A stretch of DNA of 64,000 bases from an uncultured delta proteobacterium. GTDB lineage: Bacteria; Desulfobacterota; RBG-13-43-22. The first letter of the stretch is position 1; each line of letters opens with the position of its first letter. Below are positions 10,869-24,600 of this stretch, piece after piece. The notes beneath the pieces were generated by a model. It had not been told where the DNA came from and did not search any database. It saw only the letters and a list, made by a program, of their open reading frames with translations. A program made the position numbers and the translations under genes. The stretch covers positions 1 through 64,000 of the forward strand of contig CAVQFQ010000013.1 in the NCBI GenBank assembly GCA_963711835.1, read 5' to 3'.

Positions 10869-11999
10869 ATGCCCGATCGCTCATCCATTCCGGCCGGCCG
10901 CCGGAAAAGGATTGATCACCTTTTGGCGACTCTTAATGAGAAAGAACTTTCCGGAATCTTTATTTCCCAACCGGAAAATCGACGCTATTTAAGCGGCTTT
11001 AGGCCCTCCGACCCCCAGTTGGACGAATCTTCCGGGTTCCTGATCCTGGGGCCGGACCTGGCCATTCTCGGAACCGACCCCAGGTATGAAATGGAGGCCT
11101 TTCAGCAGGCCAGGGGTTTCCAGCCTTTCATTTATCGAGGAGGACTGGAAGGGTCCTGGCCGGAATTGCAGAAGCGCATTCCCCCTTTAAAACGCTTGGC
11201 CTTTGAAAGTCCTGCCCTCAGTTATCATTTTTACCGCAGGTTGAAAAAATTGTTTCTTAAAGGGCGGGCCCCGGTCACCCTGGTGCCGACCTTCCATCTG
11301 GTGGAGGGCCTAAGGGCCCAGAAGGATCCTTCGGAACTGAAGGCCATAGAGCGGTCCTTAGCGATTACCGAAAGGGCTTTCCAGGAGGTCCTTAGCCGGT
11401 TAAAACCAGGCCAAACCGAGAAGGAGATCTCCTGGCGGATAAAGGAGCTCATTCACCTTCACGGCGGGGATGACCCGGCCTTCGAACCGATTGTGGCTTC
11501 CGGCCCACAGGCCGCACTGCCCCATGCCGAATCCACGGACCGGGAAATAAAAAACGGAGAACCCATTCTGTTCGACCTGGGTTCGAAATGGCAAGGGTAT
11601 TGCTCGGATATGAGTCGGACCGTTTTCCTGGGAAAACCTTCGGAGCGTTTTAAGGAGGTTTACAGACTGGTACGGGAAGCCCAGGTCAAGGCTCAGGAAG
11701 GAATCTGTTCCGGTATGGATACCAGACAAGTGGACGGACTTGCAAGATCTGTAATAGAAAAAGGAGGTTATGGAAAATACTTCAAGCATTCTCTCGGGCA
11801 TGGAGTAGGGCTGGCCACCCATGAAATCCCCAGCCTCAACCCGCTTAAAGCCGACCTTCTCCGGCCTGGAATGGTGGTAACCATTGAACCAGGGATTTAC
11901 CTGCCCGGTTGGGGAGGGGTGCGCCTGGAAAATATGGCGGTCATCCGAAAAAATGGGGCCCGCCTTTTAAGTCAGGACATGACCTTTTACAATTTTTAA
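10869..11999 (+). CDS. Xaa-Pro aminopeptidase (M24 family)
   Basis: YCSDMSRT, HSLGHGVG, TIEPGIY, GVRLE. Confidence 0.93.
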   Translation: MPDRSSIPAGRRKRIDHLLATLNEKELSGIFISQPENRRYLSGFRPSDPQLDESSGFLILGPDLAILGTDPRYEMEAFQQARGFQPFIYRGGLEGSWPELQKRIPPLKRLAFESPALSYHFYRRLKKLFLKGRAPVTLVPTFHLVEGLRAQKDPSELKAIERSLAITERAFQEVLSRLKPGQTEKEISWRIKELIHLHGGDDPAFEPIVASGPQAALPHAESTDREIKNGEPILFDLGSKWQGYCSDMSRTVFLGKPSERFKEVYRLVREAQVKAQEGICSGMDTRQVDGLARSVIEKGGYGKYFKHSLGHGVGLATHEIPSLNPLKADLLRPGMVVTIEPGIYLPGWGGVRLENMAVIRKNGARLLSQDMTFYNF

Positions 12000-12058
12000 T
12001 GATGGTTAGATTGAATATATTAAACCAAAATAGAGTCTTTTATATTTCGAATATGCCG

Positions 12059-12151
12059 TTAATAAGGGTCTCATAATAGTCTTGACATGAAATTGAGGAG
12101 CTTGCCTTAAATGGGACCTGGGGGTCACTATTATTTTGAGACCCTTAATAA
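12059..12151. repeat. Small inverted-repeat element (TTAWTAAGGGTCTCA ends)
   Basis: ttaataagggtctcataatagt ... actattattttgagacccttaataa; related ends at 25160-25188 and 34215-34510. Confidence 0.7.
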
Positions 12152-12194
12152 CTATGAGTGACGAGCGATGAGCTTTTCTTAAGGAGAACTGGCC

Positions 12195-14747
12195 ATGTTG
12201 TTTGAGAACGGAGCCGGGGAAGAGGCCCTGGCCTATCGAAAAAAATATCGCGGCGTTATTGGAATCACTTCCAAGATCCCCATCAAAGACGCCAACATCT
12301 TAAGCCTGGTTTACACCCCCGGCGTAGCCGAACCCTGTCTGAAAATCGCCCAGGATCCGCTTCAATCCTATACGCTCTCCTGCCGGGGAAACACGGTCGG
12401 CATCCTGACGGATGGTTCCGGGCTCTTTCGTCTGGGCCAGGCCGGGCCCGAAGCGGCCCTGCCGGTCATGGAGGGCAAGGCCGTTATTCTCAAGACCTTC
12501 GCTGGCGTAGATGCCATTCCCCTCTGTCTTAGAACCAGGGATGCCTACGAATTTATTGATACCGCTCTGGCCTTAACCCCGACCTTCGGGGCCTTTTGCC
12601 TGGAAGATATCGCCAGCCCCCAGAGCTTCACTATTGCCGACCACTTGGAAAGAGGAGCCGATATCCCGGTTTTCAACAACCACGGTCTCGGAGTGGCCAT
12701 CCCCACCCTGTCAGCCATGATCAATTCCATGAAGCTCGTCGGCAAAGACCTGCCGGCCGCCCGGGTTATCATCAACGGCGCCGGCATGGCCGGCCTGGCC
12801 AGCGCCGAGTTGCTGGTAACGGCCGGCATCAAGAATGTCGTGGTCTGCGACCGGGACGGCGCCTTATACCCATACCGCCCAAAAGGGATGAGCTGGGCCA
12901 AATGGGAAATCGTTAAAAAAACCAACCCGGAGAAAGTCAAAGGGGGTCTAGTCGAGACCATTAAAGGGGCGGACGTCTTCATCGGCCTTTCAACTGGGGG
13001 CATCCTGACCGGCGATATGGTCCGCACCATGGCCAAGGATCCGGTCATCTTTGCTTTGGCGACGCCCACCCCCGAGATCATGCCCGAAGAAGCCCGCCGG
13101 GCCGGAGCCCGGGTCATGGTTTTTAACCGGGCCGATTTCCCCAATCAATCGGATGTGGCCATGATCTTTCCTGGATTCTTTCGGGGGGTGCTGGACAGCC
13201 GCTCCAGTAATATCAACAGCACCATGGCCCTGGCCGCAGCCCAGGCCCTGGCGGATTGCATTTCCCCGTCGGAGTTGTCTCCCGATTACGTCATGCCCAA
13301 GATCTTTGATTTCCGTGTCGCCCCCCGCATCGCCGAGGCGGTCGCCCGGGCCGCCCTGGAAACCGGGGAAGCCAAAGGAGAGGTGGATCCCCATGAAATT
13401 GCCGAGAACACCCGGCGTTATGTCTATGAAGGCCACTGGCCGGTTCCGCCTCCTTCATTAAAAAAACAATCCCTCAAGGAGGAATCTCTGGAGCTGCACC
13501 GGCGTTACCGGGGAGTGCTGGAGATCAAAAATAAAATCGCCATTCGCGACAATTACATCCTGGGCCAGTTTTATCTGCCCCCTTTAGCCGAAAAACCGGC
13601 CCGCCTGATTCGGGAAAACCCGGAACTGGTCTATGAGCTGACCGCCAAAGGCAACCTGGTGGCCATCGTCACCGACGGCAGCGCCGTCCTGGGATTGGGC
13701 AATATCGGCGCCCAGGCTGCTATGCCGGTCATGGAAGGCAAGGCCATTCTTTTTCAGACCTTTGCCGGGGTGGAGGCCTTTCCCATTTGCCTGGCCACTC
13801 AGGATGCCGATGAAATCGTGGAAATCGTCAAAAGGATGGAAGCCACCTTCGGCGGCATCAACCTGGAGGATATTTCCGCTCCCCGCTGTTTTTACATCGA
13901 GAGGCGGTTGAAGGAAGAGATGGGCATCCCGGTCTTTCATGATGACCAGCACGGCACCGCCATAGTGGTTGCGGCCGCCCTGCTCAATTCGGCCCTGCTT
14001 TCCGGGCGCCGGCTCGAAGAGTTCCAGGTGGTCATAAACGGCGCCGGAGCTGCGGCCATTGCCGTCAGCAAACTGCTCCTTGAAATGGGACTCCGGCAGA
14101 TCGTCCTCTGTGATACCCGGGGAGCCATTTACCCGGGACGCCAGGAAGGGTTGAACTGGATTAAGGAAGAAATGGCCCAACAGACCAATCCCGAGCGGAA
14201 AAAGGGGACCCTTTCTGATGTGCTTAAAGGGGCGGACGTCTTTATCGGCCTTTCCGTAGCCGGGGCCATGAATTCGGAGATGGTTCAGTCCATGGCCAAC
14301 GACCCGATCATTTTTGCCCTGGCCAACCCCATGCCCGAGATTTTTCCCGAACCGGCCCGGGAAGCCGGGGCTTATATCATGGCTACCGGCCGCTCGGATT
14401 ATCCCAACCAGGTGAACAATTCCCTGGTCTTTCCCGGCGTATTCCGCGGGGCACTGGATGTCAGAGCTCGAACCATCAATGAGGCCATGAAGATTGCAGC
14501 CGCCCGGGCCATTGCCGGTTTGATTGCCGAAAAAGAATTGAGTCCCGACTATATCATTCCCAAGAGTATGGATTTTCGAGTCCCCCCGGCCGTAGCCCAA
14601 GCCGTGGCTCGAAGCGCCATGGAAACCGGTGCGGCCCGAATCGAAGTGGATCCCGAGGTCATTGCCCGGAGGACAAGGACTATCATCTACGAAGGTGAAT
14701 TGGGTTATCTGAAGGACGAAGACCTCAAGCTGGAAAGTGCCCGATAG
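12195..14747 (+). CDS. Tandem-duplicated NAD(P)-dependent malic enzyme (two ME modules, no PTA domain)
   Basis: Two full copies of the small-subunit ME fold: [25 protein letters not shown] and PNQ each occur twice. Confidence 0.9.
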   Translation: MLFENGAGEEALAYRKKYRGVIGITSKIPIKDANILSLVYTPGVAEPCLKIAQDPLQSYTLSCRGNTVGILTDGSGLFRLGQAGPEAALPVMEGKAVILKTFAGVDAIPLCLRTRDAYEFIDTALALTPTFGAFCLEDIASPQSFTIADHLERGADIPVFNNHGLGVAIPTLSAMINSMKLVGKDLPAARVIINGAGMAGLASAELLVTAGIKNVVVCDRDGALYPYRPKGMSWAKWEIVKKTNPEKVKGGLVETIKGADVFIGLSTGGILTGDMVRTMAKDPVIFALATPTPEIMPEEARRAGARVMVFNRADFPNQSDVAMIFPGFFRGVLDSRSSNINSTMALAAAQALADCISPSELSPDYVMPKIFDFRVAPRIAEAVARAALETGEAKGEVDPHEIAENTRRYVYEGHWPVPPPSLKKQSLKEESLELHRRYRGVLEIKNKIAIRDNYILGQFYLPPLAEKPARLIRENPELVYELTAKGNLVAIVTDGSAVLGLGNIGAQAAMPVMEGKAILFQTFAGVEAFPICLATQDADEIVEIVKRMEATFGGINLEDISAPRCFYIERRLKEEMGIPVFHDDQHGTAIVVAAALLNSALLSGRRLEEFQVVINGAGAAAIAVSKLLLEMGLRQIVLCDTRGAIYPGRQEGLNWIKEEMAQQTNPERKKGTLSDVLKGADVFIGLSVAGAMNSEMVQSMANDPIIFALANPMPEIFPEPAREAGAYIMATGRSDYPNQVNNSLVFPGVFRGALDVRARTINEAMKIAAARAIAGLIAEKELSPDYIIPKSMDFRVPPAVAQAVARSAMETGAARIEVDPEVIARRTRTIIYEGELGYLKDEDLKLESAR

Positions 14748-14945
14748 CCTGAAGTTCGGCTTTCGGGGTCCGGCCCATACGGGGCTGATGCCTCCTTCGT
14801 ATAACGTCGGCTCTTTTCATGAAACTTTGGGGATCGTCTTTCAACCGGAGGCTATCACCAAGGCAATACCTTACACTTTGCCTTTTGATTTAACTCCTCC
14901 AAGCACTTCCTGCACCAACGTGCCCTCAGACTCAGACTTTGCTTT

Positions 14946-16661
14946 TTATAGCTTTATTTTGATCTGCAGGCTGCGGAGGCGGTTGATGGCGGCGGCGATC
15001 TCAAAAAGCCGGGGCCTGGCCAGGTTTCCGACCTTATAGGGCATCAAGCCATCCAGCCCTTTCTCCTCGATCTCGGCCAGGGCTTTTTCAAGTCCTTCCT
15101 TTAGGCTACTGCTCCCATCCAAATATTTCGAAGCATATAAGTGGATCAGGCGGCCGATGGAACGGGTTTGCCCGGTCTCGACCAGTTGTTCTACAGAAGA
15201 AAGATCGATGACCTGCTCCCCATAAATGAGGCTGGACCTTCCCTTGGCCTCGATACGAACCTCTCTGTTTCCCCGGCTGGGATCAAAGCTTTCCGGCTTA
15301 GGCTGACGGGGGCTGAAGTCTCCGAAGGATTCGCCGCCCTCCGCAAGCCGGTGCACCGGAAAACGTTCGGCGATCTCCCGGGCCTCTTGGGTTACCAGAA
15401 AGGGTTTGTAGTTGTTCATCCAGATGACGGTATCGGCCGCTTCAAAGTAATCCCCGGATCCTCCCATGACCAGGATGGTGGAGACCCTGTGCTCCTGATA
15501 AAGCTGGCGGACCTTGTCAATAAAAGGGGTGATCGGTTCATGGGCCTTCTGAACCAGTTCCTGCATGCGGCGGTCGCGGATCATGAAATTCGTGGCCGAG
15601 GTGTCTTCATCGATGAGCAGCACCTTGGCCTCCATTTCCAGGGCTTCCATGATATTGGCTGCCTGGGAGGTGCTGCCGCTGGCATTATCGGTGCTGAAGC
15701 GAACCGTATCTCTGAAGAGGGGCAGACTTTTTATAAACGGGCTGATATTGACTTTGGCCACCCCGCGGCCGTCTTCGCTGCGGATTTTTACGGCCCGGGG
15801 ATCGGAGACGCAATAGTCACGGCCATCGCCCGGGACGTGGCTGTAGATCCCCAGTTCCAGGGCCCTCAGCAGGGTGGATTTTCCGTGAAAGCCGCCCCCG
15901 CAAATCAGGGTTACTCCCGACGGTATTCCCATGCCTTTCAGCAAACCCTTGTGGGGCAACTGGAATGAAACCGAAAGTTCCGGCGGGGTTCTGAAGGGAA
16001 CTACCCCCATGGTCAAAGGCCGGGTGCTGATGCCGCTCTCCCTGGGCAGGATCGCCCCATCGGGAATAAAAGCCGCCAGCCCCTTTTCCGACAAAGCAGC
16101 TCGCAGCCCTTCCTGATCCTCATAGGCATCCACAAAACGTTTAACCTCCAGACCCAGGCTGGGTAGATGAAACACCCCCTGCTGGAGTATGTTAGGCAGA
16201 TCATCAAAGAAAAGGGCTACGGCCTCCATGCCCATGACGGTCCTGCCGACCGCCGGCAGCCCGGCGGTTAAACGCAGCTCCAGGGTTCCCTCCTTTACCA
16301 CGACCGCGGACCGTTCCAGAATTTCGGCCCCTCCGGCCTCGATGGCAATCCCGCCGTTTCGACCGGCGCCCCGGTGTTTGCCGGCCTGGTTTCGGATGGC
16401 TTGCTGAACCTGACGGCCGATGAAATCGCAAAAGGCCACCCGCCGCACCCGGCTTTCCCAGAGATCGGCCAGGATCTGCCATTTTTTTAAGGATATCAAA
16501 ACACGGATCCTGGAAGGCGGGGCAAAGGGATCGGCCTGGACCCGGTCTATAAACAATTCATATTGGGAAAACAGATAATGCCCTTCAATATCCTGGTAGG
16601 CCTTGTAGCCTTTTTCGTGGATTCGGAAGAGGGTCTTCTTTAAGTCGTCAGCAGGCTTCAT
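14946..16661 (-). CDS. Predicted ABC-class ATPase (COG3044-like)
   Basis: VQADPFAPPS, GGGFHGKST, STDNASGSTSQAA, LIDEDTSATNFM. Confidence 0.88.
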   Translation of the reverse strand: MKPADDLKKTLFRIHEKGYKAYQDIEGHYLFSQYELFIDRVQADPFAPPSRIRVLISLKKWQILADLWESRVRRVAFCDFIGRQVQQAIRNQAGKHRGAGRNGGIAIEAGGAEILERSAVVVKEGTLELRLTAGLPAVGRTVMGMEAVALFFDDLPNILQQGVFHLPSLGLEVKRFVDAYEDQEGLRAALSEKGLAAFIPDGAILPRESGISTRPLTMGVVPFRTPPELSVSFQLPHKGLLKGMGIPSGVTLICGGGFHGKSTLLRALELGIYSHVPGDGRDYCVSDPRAVKIRSEDGRGVAKVNISPFIKSLPLFRDTVRFSTDNASGSTSQAANIMEALEMEAKVLLIDEDTSATNFMIRDRRMQELVQKAHEPITPFIDKVRQLYQEHRVSTILVMGGSGDYFEAADTVIWMNNYKPFLVTQEAREIAERFPVHRLAEGGESFGDFSPRQPKPESFDPSRGNREVRIEAKGRSSLIYGEQVIDLSSVEQLVETGQTRSIGRLIHLYASKYLDGSSSLKEGLEKALAEIEEKGLDGLMPYKVGNLARPRLFEIAAAINRLRSLQIKIKL

Positions 16662-16702
16662 GGAATTTCCTTAAAATAGCTGTTGGTCAAAATAGTCGGT
16701 TA

Positions 16703-17071
16703 TTAGCTGATAAAAACCACTCCATCCAGATCCTTGAAATCTGCGTCACTGGTTATCACCTTAGCATCCTTTTGAACGGCCGTGGCATAAACAATGGCGT
16801 CCGCCATGGGTAGAGAAAACTTAAGACTCAGGTCGGCCGCTAAAAGAGCAATGCTTTCCTCTAATGGAATTATCTGGGTTTTATTCATGAAAGATACGGC
16901 CAATAAAGCCTCCTCTTCGGTTCTGTCTCTTTTGATTTTTTTATAGACTTCATACAGGACAATGGTTGGGGTTATGATCCGGGTCAGATCCTTGAGATGT
17001 TTTGCATATTCCGAGCCCCGGGGACCTTCAATAAAAAAATCGATCCACCCTGAGGAATCTATCAGTTTCAT
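16703..17071 (-). CDS. vapC: Type II toxin VapC (PIN domain)
   Basis: LIDSSGWI, VLYEV, MADAIVYATA, TSDADF. Confidence 0.9.
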   Translation of the reverse strand: MKLIDSSGWIDFFIEGPRGSEYAKHLKDLTRIITPTIVLYEVYKKIKRDRTEEEALLAVSFMNKTQIIPLEESIALLAADLSLKFSLPMADAIVYATAVQKDAKVITSDADFKDLDGVVFIS

Positions 17072-17277
17072 GCCCTATCTCTTTCATCACGGATATTTTT
17101 ATTATCCATGCCCTTTAAAAAACCTCTGAAATATTCCGGCGGTTTTTCAGGAATCAGATGAATAATACCTCCCTTAAAAACAACCACCATCTTTTGGCCG
17201 CTTTTTAAGTTAAGTTTTTCCCTGATGTCTTTCGGGATAACCACTTGGTATTTGGGAGATATGGTCGTTGTTCCCAT
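17068..17277 (-). CDS. AbrB/MazE-family antitoxin
   Basis: ISPKYQVVIPKDIREKL; 4-nt overlap with vapC. Confidence 0.9.
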   Translation of the reverse strand: MGTTTISPKYQVVIPKDIREKLNLKSGQKMVVVFKGGIIHLIPEKPPEYFRGFLKGMDNKNIRDERDRA

Positions 17278-17475
17278 TTGTCCTCCTTTTTTTCTATCGA
17301 TAGTAATATCGTAAAACCATTTCGGGTGTTTGTCAACAATTTTAACAGGTTTCTCCCCTGAGGAGGCTGGCCCGCTTCCTTTCCCTTTAAACTATTCCCT
17401 TGAAAGAGGAAAGCCGTTTTGTTATAAAAAGCCCAAAAGTCAAAGGCAGCCGCCAGCCTTGGTGCGGTCACCACC

Positions 17476-19916
<2,441 letters not shown>

Positions 19917-19922
19917 GAAAAG

Positions 19923-20040
19923 ACGTTCGACGTTCAGAGTTTGGAGTTGAGGAAAAAGGGAGCGTGAGCGTCGTTGGCCGAATAATACTGAACCCTGAAC
20001 CCCGAACTCTGAACTCACAACAACGACGAACGCCGAACGT
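19923..20040. repeat. Heptamer tandem repeats in both orientations
   Basis: acgttcg/acgttca/gagtttg and ctgaacc/ctgaacc/ccgaact/ctgaact; similar short arrays at 18380-18410, 48543-48574 and 56553-56580. Confidence 0.55.
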
Positions 20041-20054
20041 AATTTAAGGAAACC

Positions 20055-21614
20055 ATGGACATTCACAGTCAAAAAGTTCTGATCCTCGATTTCGGGTCAC
20101 AAACCACCCAACTCATCGCCCGACGGATCAGGGAAGCAAGGGTCTATTGCGAAATTCATCCCTTCAACTGGCCGTTGGACCAGATCCGTTCTTTTGATCC
20201 CAAGGGGATCATCCTCTCCGGCAGCCCGGCCAGTGTCTATGATGCCCGGGCGCCCTTGAGCGACCCGGCCATCTTTGAATTGGGAGTCCCCATCCTGGGG
20301 ATCTGTTACGGCATGCAGTGGATCACCCATCAGTTAGGGGGCCGGGTCGGCCGTTCGGCCAAGAGAGAATTCGGCCGGGTGGAAATCCAATGGCTGGATT
20401 ATGAGGACCTTTTTTTCGGGTTGGACAAAGAAAAATCGCCGGCCCAACGAACGGTCTGGATGAGCCACGGGGACCGCATCGAGAGGCTTCCCAAAGGCTA
20501 CCGGGCCATTGCCGAAAGTAAAAATGCCCCCTTGGCGGCCATGCGCAACAAAAACCGGACCGTCTTCGGGGTTCAGTTTCATCCGGAAGTGGTCCATACC
20601 CCGGCCGGGAATAGAATCATCAAAAATTTTCTCTTTAAAATTTGCCGCTTAAAGCCCCTCTGGACCCCGGCTTCCTTTATCAAACAAACCATCTCCCGGA
20701 TCCGGCAACAGGTTGGAAAAGAAAAAGTCCTCTGCGCCCTTTCCGGCGGGGTGGATTCTTCGGTTGTGGCCGTTTTGCTCCACCAGGCCCTGGGCAGGCA
20801 ACTGACCTGTATCTTTGTCAACAACGGTCTGCTGCGCAGCGGCGAGGCCGAAAAGGTGGTCCGGGTCTTTCGGGGCCATTATCATATCCCTTTGGTTTAC
20901 GTGGATGCCAGCCGGATCTTCCTGAAAAAATTGAAAGGGGTCATCGATCCCGAAAAGAAACGGACCCTCATCGGCCATCAGTTCATCCGCATTTTTGAAG
21001 CCGAAGCCAAAAAGATCGGACCGGTCCGCTTTCTGGCCCAGGGCACCTTATACCCGGATGTGATTGAATCGGTTTCTTTCAAAGGGCCTTCCGCCACCAT
21101 TAAGACCCATCACAACGTCGGAGGCCTTCCGGAGCGAATGCGCTTGGAATTAATTGAGCCTTTGCGGGAGTTATTCAAGGACGAAGGACGGGAAGTGGGC
21201 CGCAACCTGGGTTTGCCGGAAGAAATGATCAACCGCCAGCCCTTTCCCGGACCGGGTCTGGCCATCCGCATTCTGGGGGAGGTAACCGAGGAGCGCTTGG
21301 ACATCTTGCGCCAAGCCGATACCATTGTCTGGGAGGAAATGAGGAAGGCCAACCTGTATACCAAGGTCTGGCAGTCCTTTGCCGTCCTTTTGCCAATCAA
21401 AACCGTGGGCGTTATGGGGGATGAACGCACCTATGAACACGTGGTTGCCCTGCGCATCGTCGACAGCCTGGATGCCATGACGGCCGATTGGAGCCGGATT
21501 CCTTATGCCCTGTTGGGCCATTTGTCCAATCGAATCATCAATGAAGTCAAAGGGGTCAACCGGGTGGTTTATGATATCTCGTCCAAACCTCCCAGCACCA
21601 TCGAGTGGGAATAA
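20055..21614 (+). CDS. guaA: GMP synthase (glutamine-hydrolysing)
   Basis: [34 protein letters not shown]. Confidence 0.98.
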   Translation: MDIHSQKVLILDFGSQTTQLIARRIREARVYCEIHPFNWPLDQIRSFDPKGIILSGSPASVYDARAPLSDPAIFELGVPILGICYGMQWITHQLGGRVGRSAKREFGRVEIQWLDYEDLFFGLDKEKSPAQRTVWMSHGDRIERLPKGYRAIAESKNAPLAAMRNKNRTVFGVQFHPEVVHTPAGNRIIKNFLFKICRLKPLWTPASFIKQTISRIRQQVGKEKVLCALSGGVDSSVVAVLLHQALGRQLTCIFVNNGLLRSGEAEKVVRVFRGHYHIPLVYVDASRIFLKKLKGVIDPEKKRTLIGHQFIRIFEAEAKKIGPVRFLAQGTLYPDVIESVSFKGPSATIKTHHNVGGLPERMRLELIEPLRELFKDEGREVGRNLGLPEEMINRQPFPGPGLAIRILGEVTEERLDILRQADTIVWEEMRKANLYTKVWQSFAVLLPIKTVGVMGDERTYEHVVALRIVDSLDAMTADWSRIPYALLGHLSNRIINEVKGVNRVVYDISSKPPSTIEWE

Positions 21615-21626
21615 GCCCTTATAACC

Positions 21627-24600
21627 ATGCCTCATTCCACCTTTATCCATCTGCATACCCATACCCAATACAGCCTGCTGGATGGAGAAATCCGTCTCAA
21701 AGCCCTGTGTGAAAAGGCCCAGGCCTTCAAAATCCCGGCTATCGCCATCACCGATCACGGGAACCTTTTCGGAGTGGTGGATTTCTATAAACAGGCCCAA
21801 AAATACGGACTGAAACCGATTATCGGCTGCGAAATTTATGTCGCCCCGGAAAGCCGCTTCCAAAAAGAATCGCTTCCACACCAGGAAAATGCCTTCCACC
21901 TGGTTCTGCTCTGTAAAAATGATAAAGGGTATCGCAACCTGGTCAAGCTGGTAACCCTGGCCAACTTTGAAGGTTTTTACTACAAACCCAGAATAGACAA
22001 GGAGTTGTTGAGGGCCCATAACAAAGGGCTGATCGCTATGTCGGCCTGCTTGCACGGGGAGGTACCCCATAGCCTGCTCAGGGGCCAGTTTGATCTGGCC
22101 CTCAAGACCGCCCAGGAACTGGCCGAGATCTTTGACCAGGACCGCTTCTACCTGGAACTTCAAAAAAATGATATCCCGGAACAGGAGATCGTCAACCGGG
22201 GTCTCCTTGAAATTCATCGTCAAACAGGCCTGCCGATAGTCGCGACCAATGACTGCCATTACCTGACCCGGGAAGAAGCCAAGGCCCATGATGTCCTGCT
22301 CTGCATCCAGACCGGGAAAACCGTAGAAGATACCAACCGGATGCGTTTTTCCACCGACCAGCTTTACTTCAAATCCCCGGAAGAGATGCAGGCCTTGTTT
22401 GCCGATTTGCCTGAGGCCCTGGAAAACACCTTGCGCATCGCCGAACGATGTAATCTGGAATTGACTTTTGGAAACTCGTTCCTTCCCAAATACCCCCTGC
22501 CGCCGGAAGAAACCATGGACGGGCGGTTAAGGAAAAACGCCCGAAGCGGTTTGGAAGAGCGTCTGGCTCAAAAGGAAAAGACGGATCCCTCCTTCCCCCC
22601 CCATCGATTCAAGGAATACCGCGACCGGTTGGAGAAGGAACTCACCGTTATTACTTCCATGGGGTTTTCCGGCTATTTCCTGGTGGTGGCCGATTACGTC
22701 CGTTTTGCCAAGGAAAAAGGGATCCCGGTCGGACCGGGGCGGGGCTCCGGTGCCGGCAGCCTGGTGGCCTTTGCTCTGGGCATTACCGATATCGATCCCC
22801 TGACCTACGGTCTTCTGTTCGAACGCTTCCTGAACGTAGAACGAAAGGAACTTCCGGATATCGATGTGGATTTTTGCGTTGAGGGCCGGGATGACGTTTT
22901 AAAATATATTGTTGAAAAATACGGCCAGGATTATGTGGCTCAAATCATCACCTTCGGGAAAATGCAGGCCCGGGCCGTGATCCGCGATGTGGGGCGGGCC
23001 TTGAATATCCCTTACGGGGAGGTCGATCGGATTGCCAAATTGGTTCCCAATGTCTTGGACATCACCCTGAGTAAGGCCCTGGAGATGGAACCCCGGCTCA
23101 AAGAACTCAAGGAATCGGACCCGAATATTCGTCAGCTATTGACCGTGGCCGAGGCCCTGGAAGGTCTGCCCCGCCATGCCTCCACCCATGCCGCCGGGGT
23201 GGTCATCTCCCCCCACCCTATCCCGGATTCCGTTCCCCTCTACAAAGGACCCAAAGGCGAGGTGCTGACCCAGTATGACATGAAATGCGTTCAGGAAATG
23301 GGCTTGATCAAATTCGACCTTTTGGGGCTCAATAATTTAACCATTATTCAGTATGCCCTCAAAGTGATTGAACGCACCCATGGAGTGACCATCGAGCTCT
23401 CCCGGATCCCTTTGGACGATCCGGCCGCTTATGAATTACTGGACCGGGGAGATACCTCGGGGGTTTTCCAACTTGAGAGTTCGGGTATGAAAGAACTCCT
23501 GGTCAAGATCGGACCCCGGACCTTTGAGGACTTGATAGCCCTGATCGCCCTGTACCGGCCCGGTCCCCTGGAAAGCGGCATGGTCGCCGACTATATCAAG
23601 CGGAAACACGGTCAGGTGCCGGTCGAATACCCGCTGCCTCAATTGGAGGGGATCTTGAAGGAAACCTATGGCATCGTTGTCTATCAGGAACAGGTGATGC
23701 AAATCGCCGGTCTCCTGGCGGATTATTCCATGGGGGAAGGGGATATCCTCAGGCGGGCCATGGGGAAAAAGATTCCGGAAGTAATGGCCCAGCAGCGGAC
23801 CCGTTTCCTGGAAGGAACCCGGAAGAAAAAGATTGATCAAAAGAAGGCCGATGCCATTTTTGATCTGATGGAAAAATTCGGCGGCTATGGTTTTAATAAG
23901 TCCCACAGTGCCGCCTACGCCATGATTACCTATCAAACGGCCTATCTCAAGGCCCATTACCCGCTGGATTTCATGGTCGCCCTGCTGACCAGCAAGATGG
24001 GAAATTCCACGGAAGTGACCAAATATATCGCCGAGTGCCGGGAGAAGGGCATGGTGGTTCTTCCTCCGGATGTCAACCAAAGCCAGATGGACTTTACGGT
24101 GGTCGAGGATAAGATCCGTTTTGGGCTGGCGGCTGTTAAGAACGTAGGGGCCGGGGCCATCGAGTTTATCCTGGAGGCCCGGGAAAAGGGGGGACCGTTC
24201 CATTCTCTGATTGATTTCTGCCGGAGGGTCGATTTGCGCCGCGTCAACCGGCGGGTAATGGAAAGCCTGATCAAATGCGGGGCCTTTGACTCCCTGGGGG
24301 CGGCTCGTTCCAGCTTGATGGCCTTTTTGCCTGATGCCTTGGAGATCGGCCAGAAGGTTCAACGGGAGCAGACCGAGGCCCAGTTTAGTCTTTTTGCCCT
24401 GACTGCGGAAGGAGGGCCGGCCTTTTCCATGCCCGAGGTGGAACTCCCGGCTTTGGGAGAATGGCGGGAGAGTCAGAAATTGGCCTATGAAAAGGAGATC
24501 CTCGGTTTTTACATTACCGGGCATCCCCTGACCCGATATACCGAGGCTTTGCAGGCCATGAAGACGACGGATCTTCAATCCCTCCCGGACTTCGGGGACA

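Noticed and set aside
14750-14945. Possible riboswitch or small ORF between convergent genes
   Set aside because: No recognisable riboswitch consensus and no convincing RBS or protein motif
19923-20040. Short tandem repeats as a possible CRISPR array
   Set aside because: 7-bp units with no unique spacers; no cas genes or CRISPR array seen anywhere in the window
21171-24578. Long minus-strand ORFs (372 and 380 aa)
   Set aside because: Antisense shadows of guaA/dnaE with no recognisable motifs
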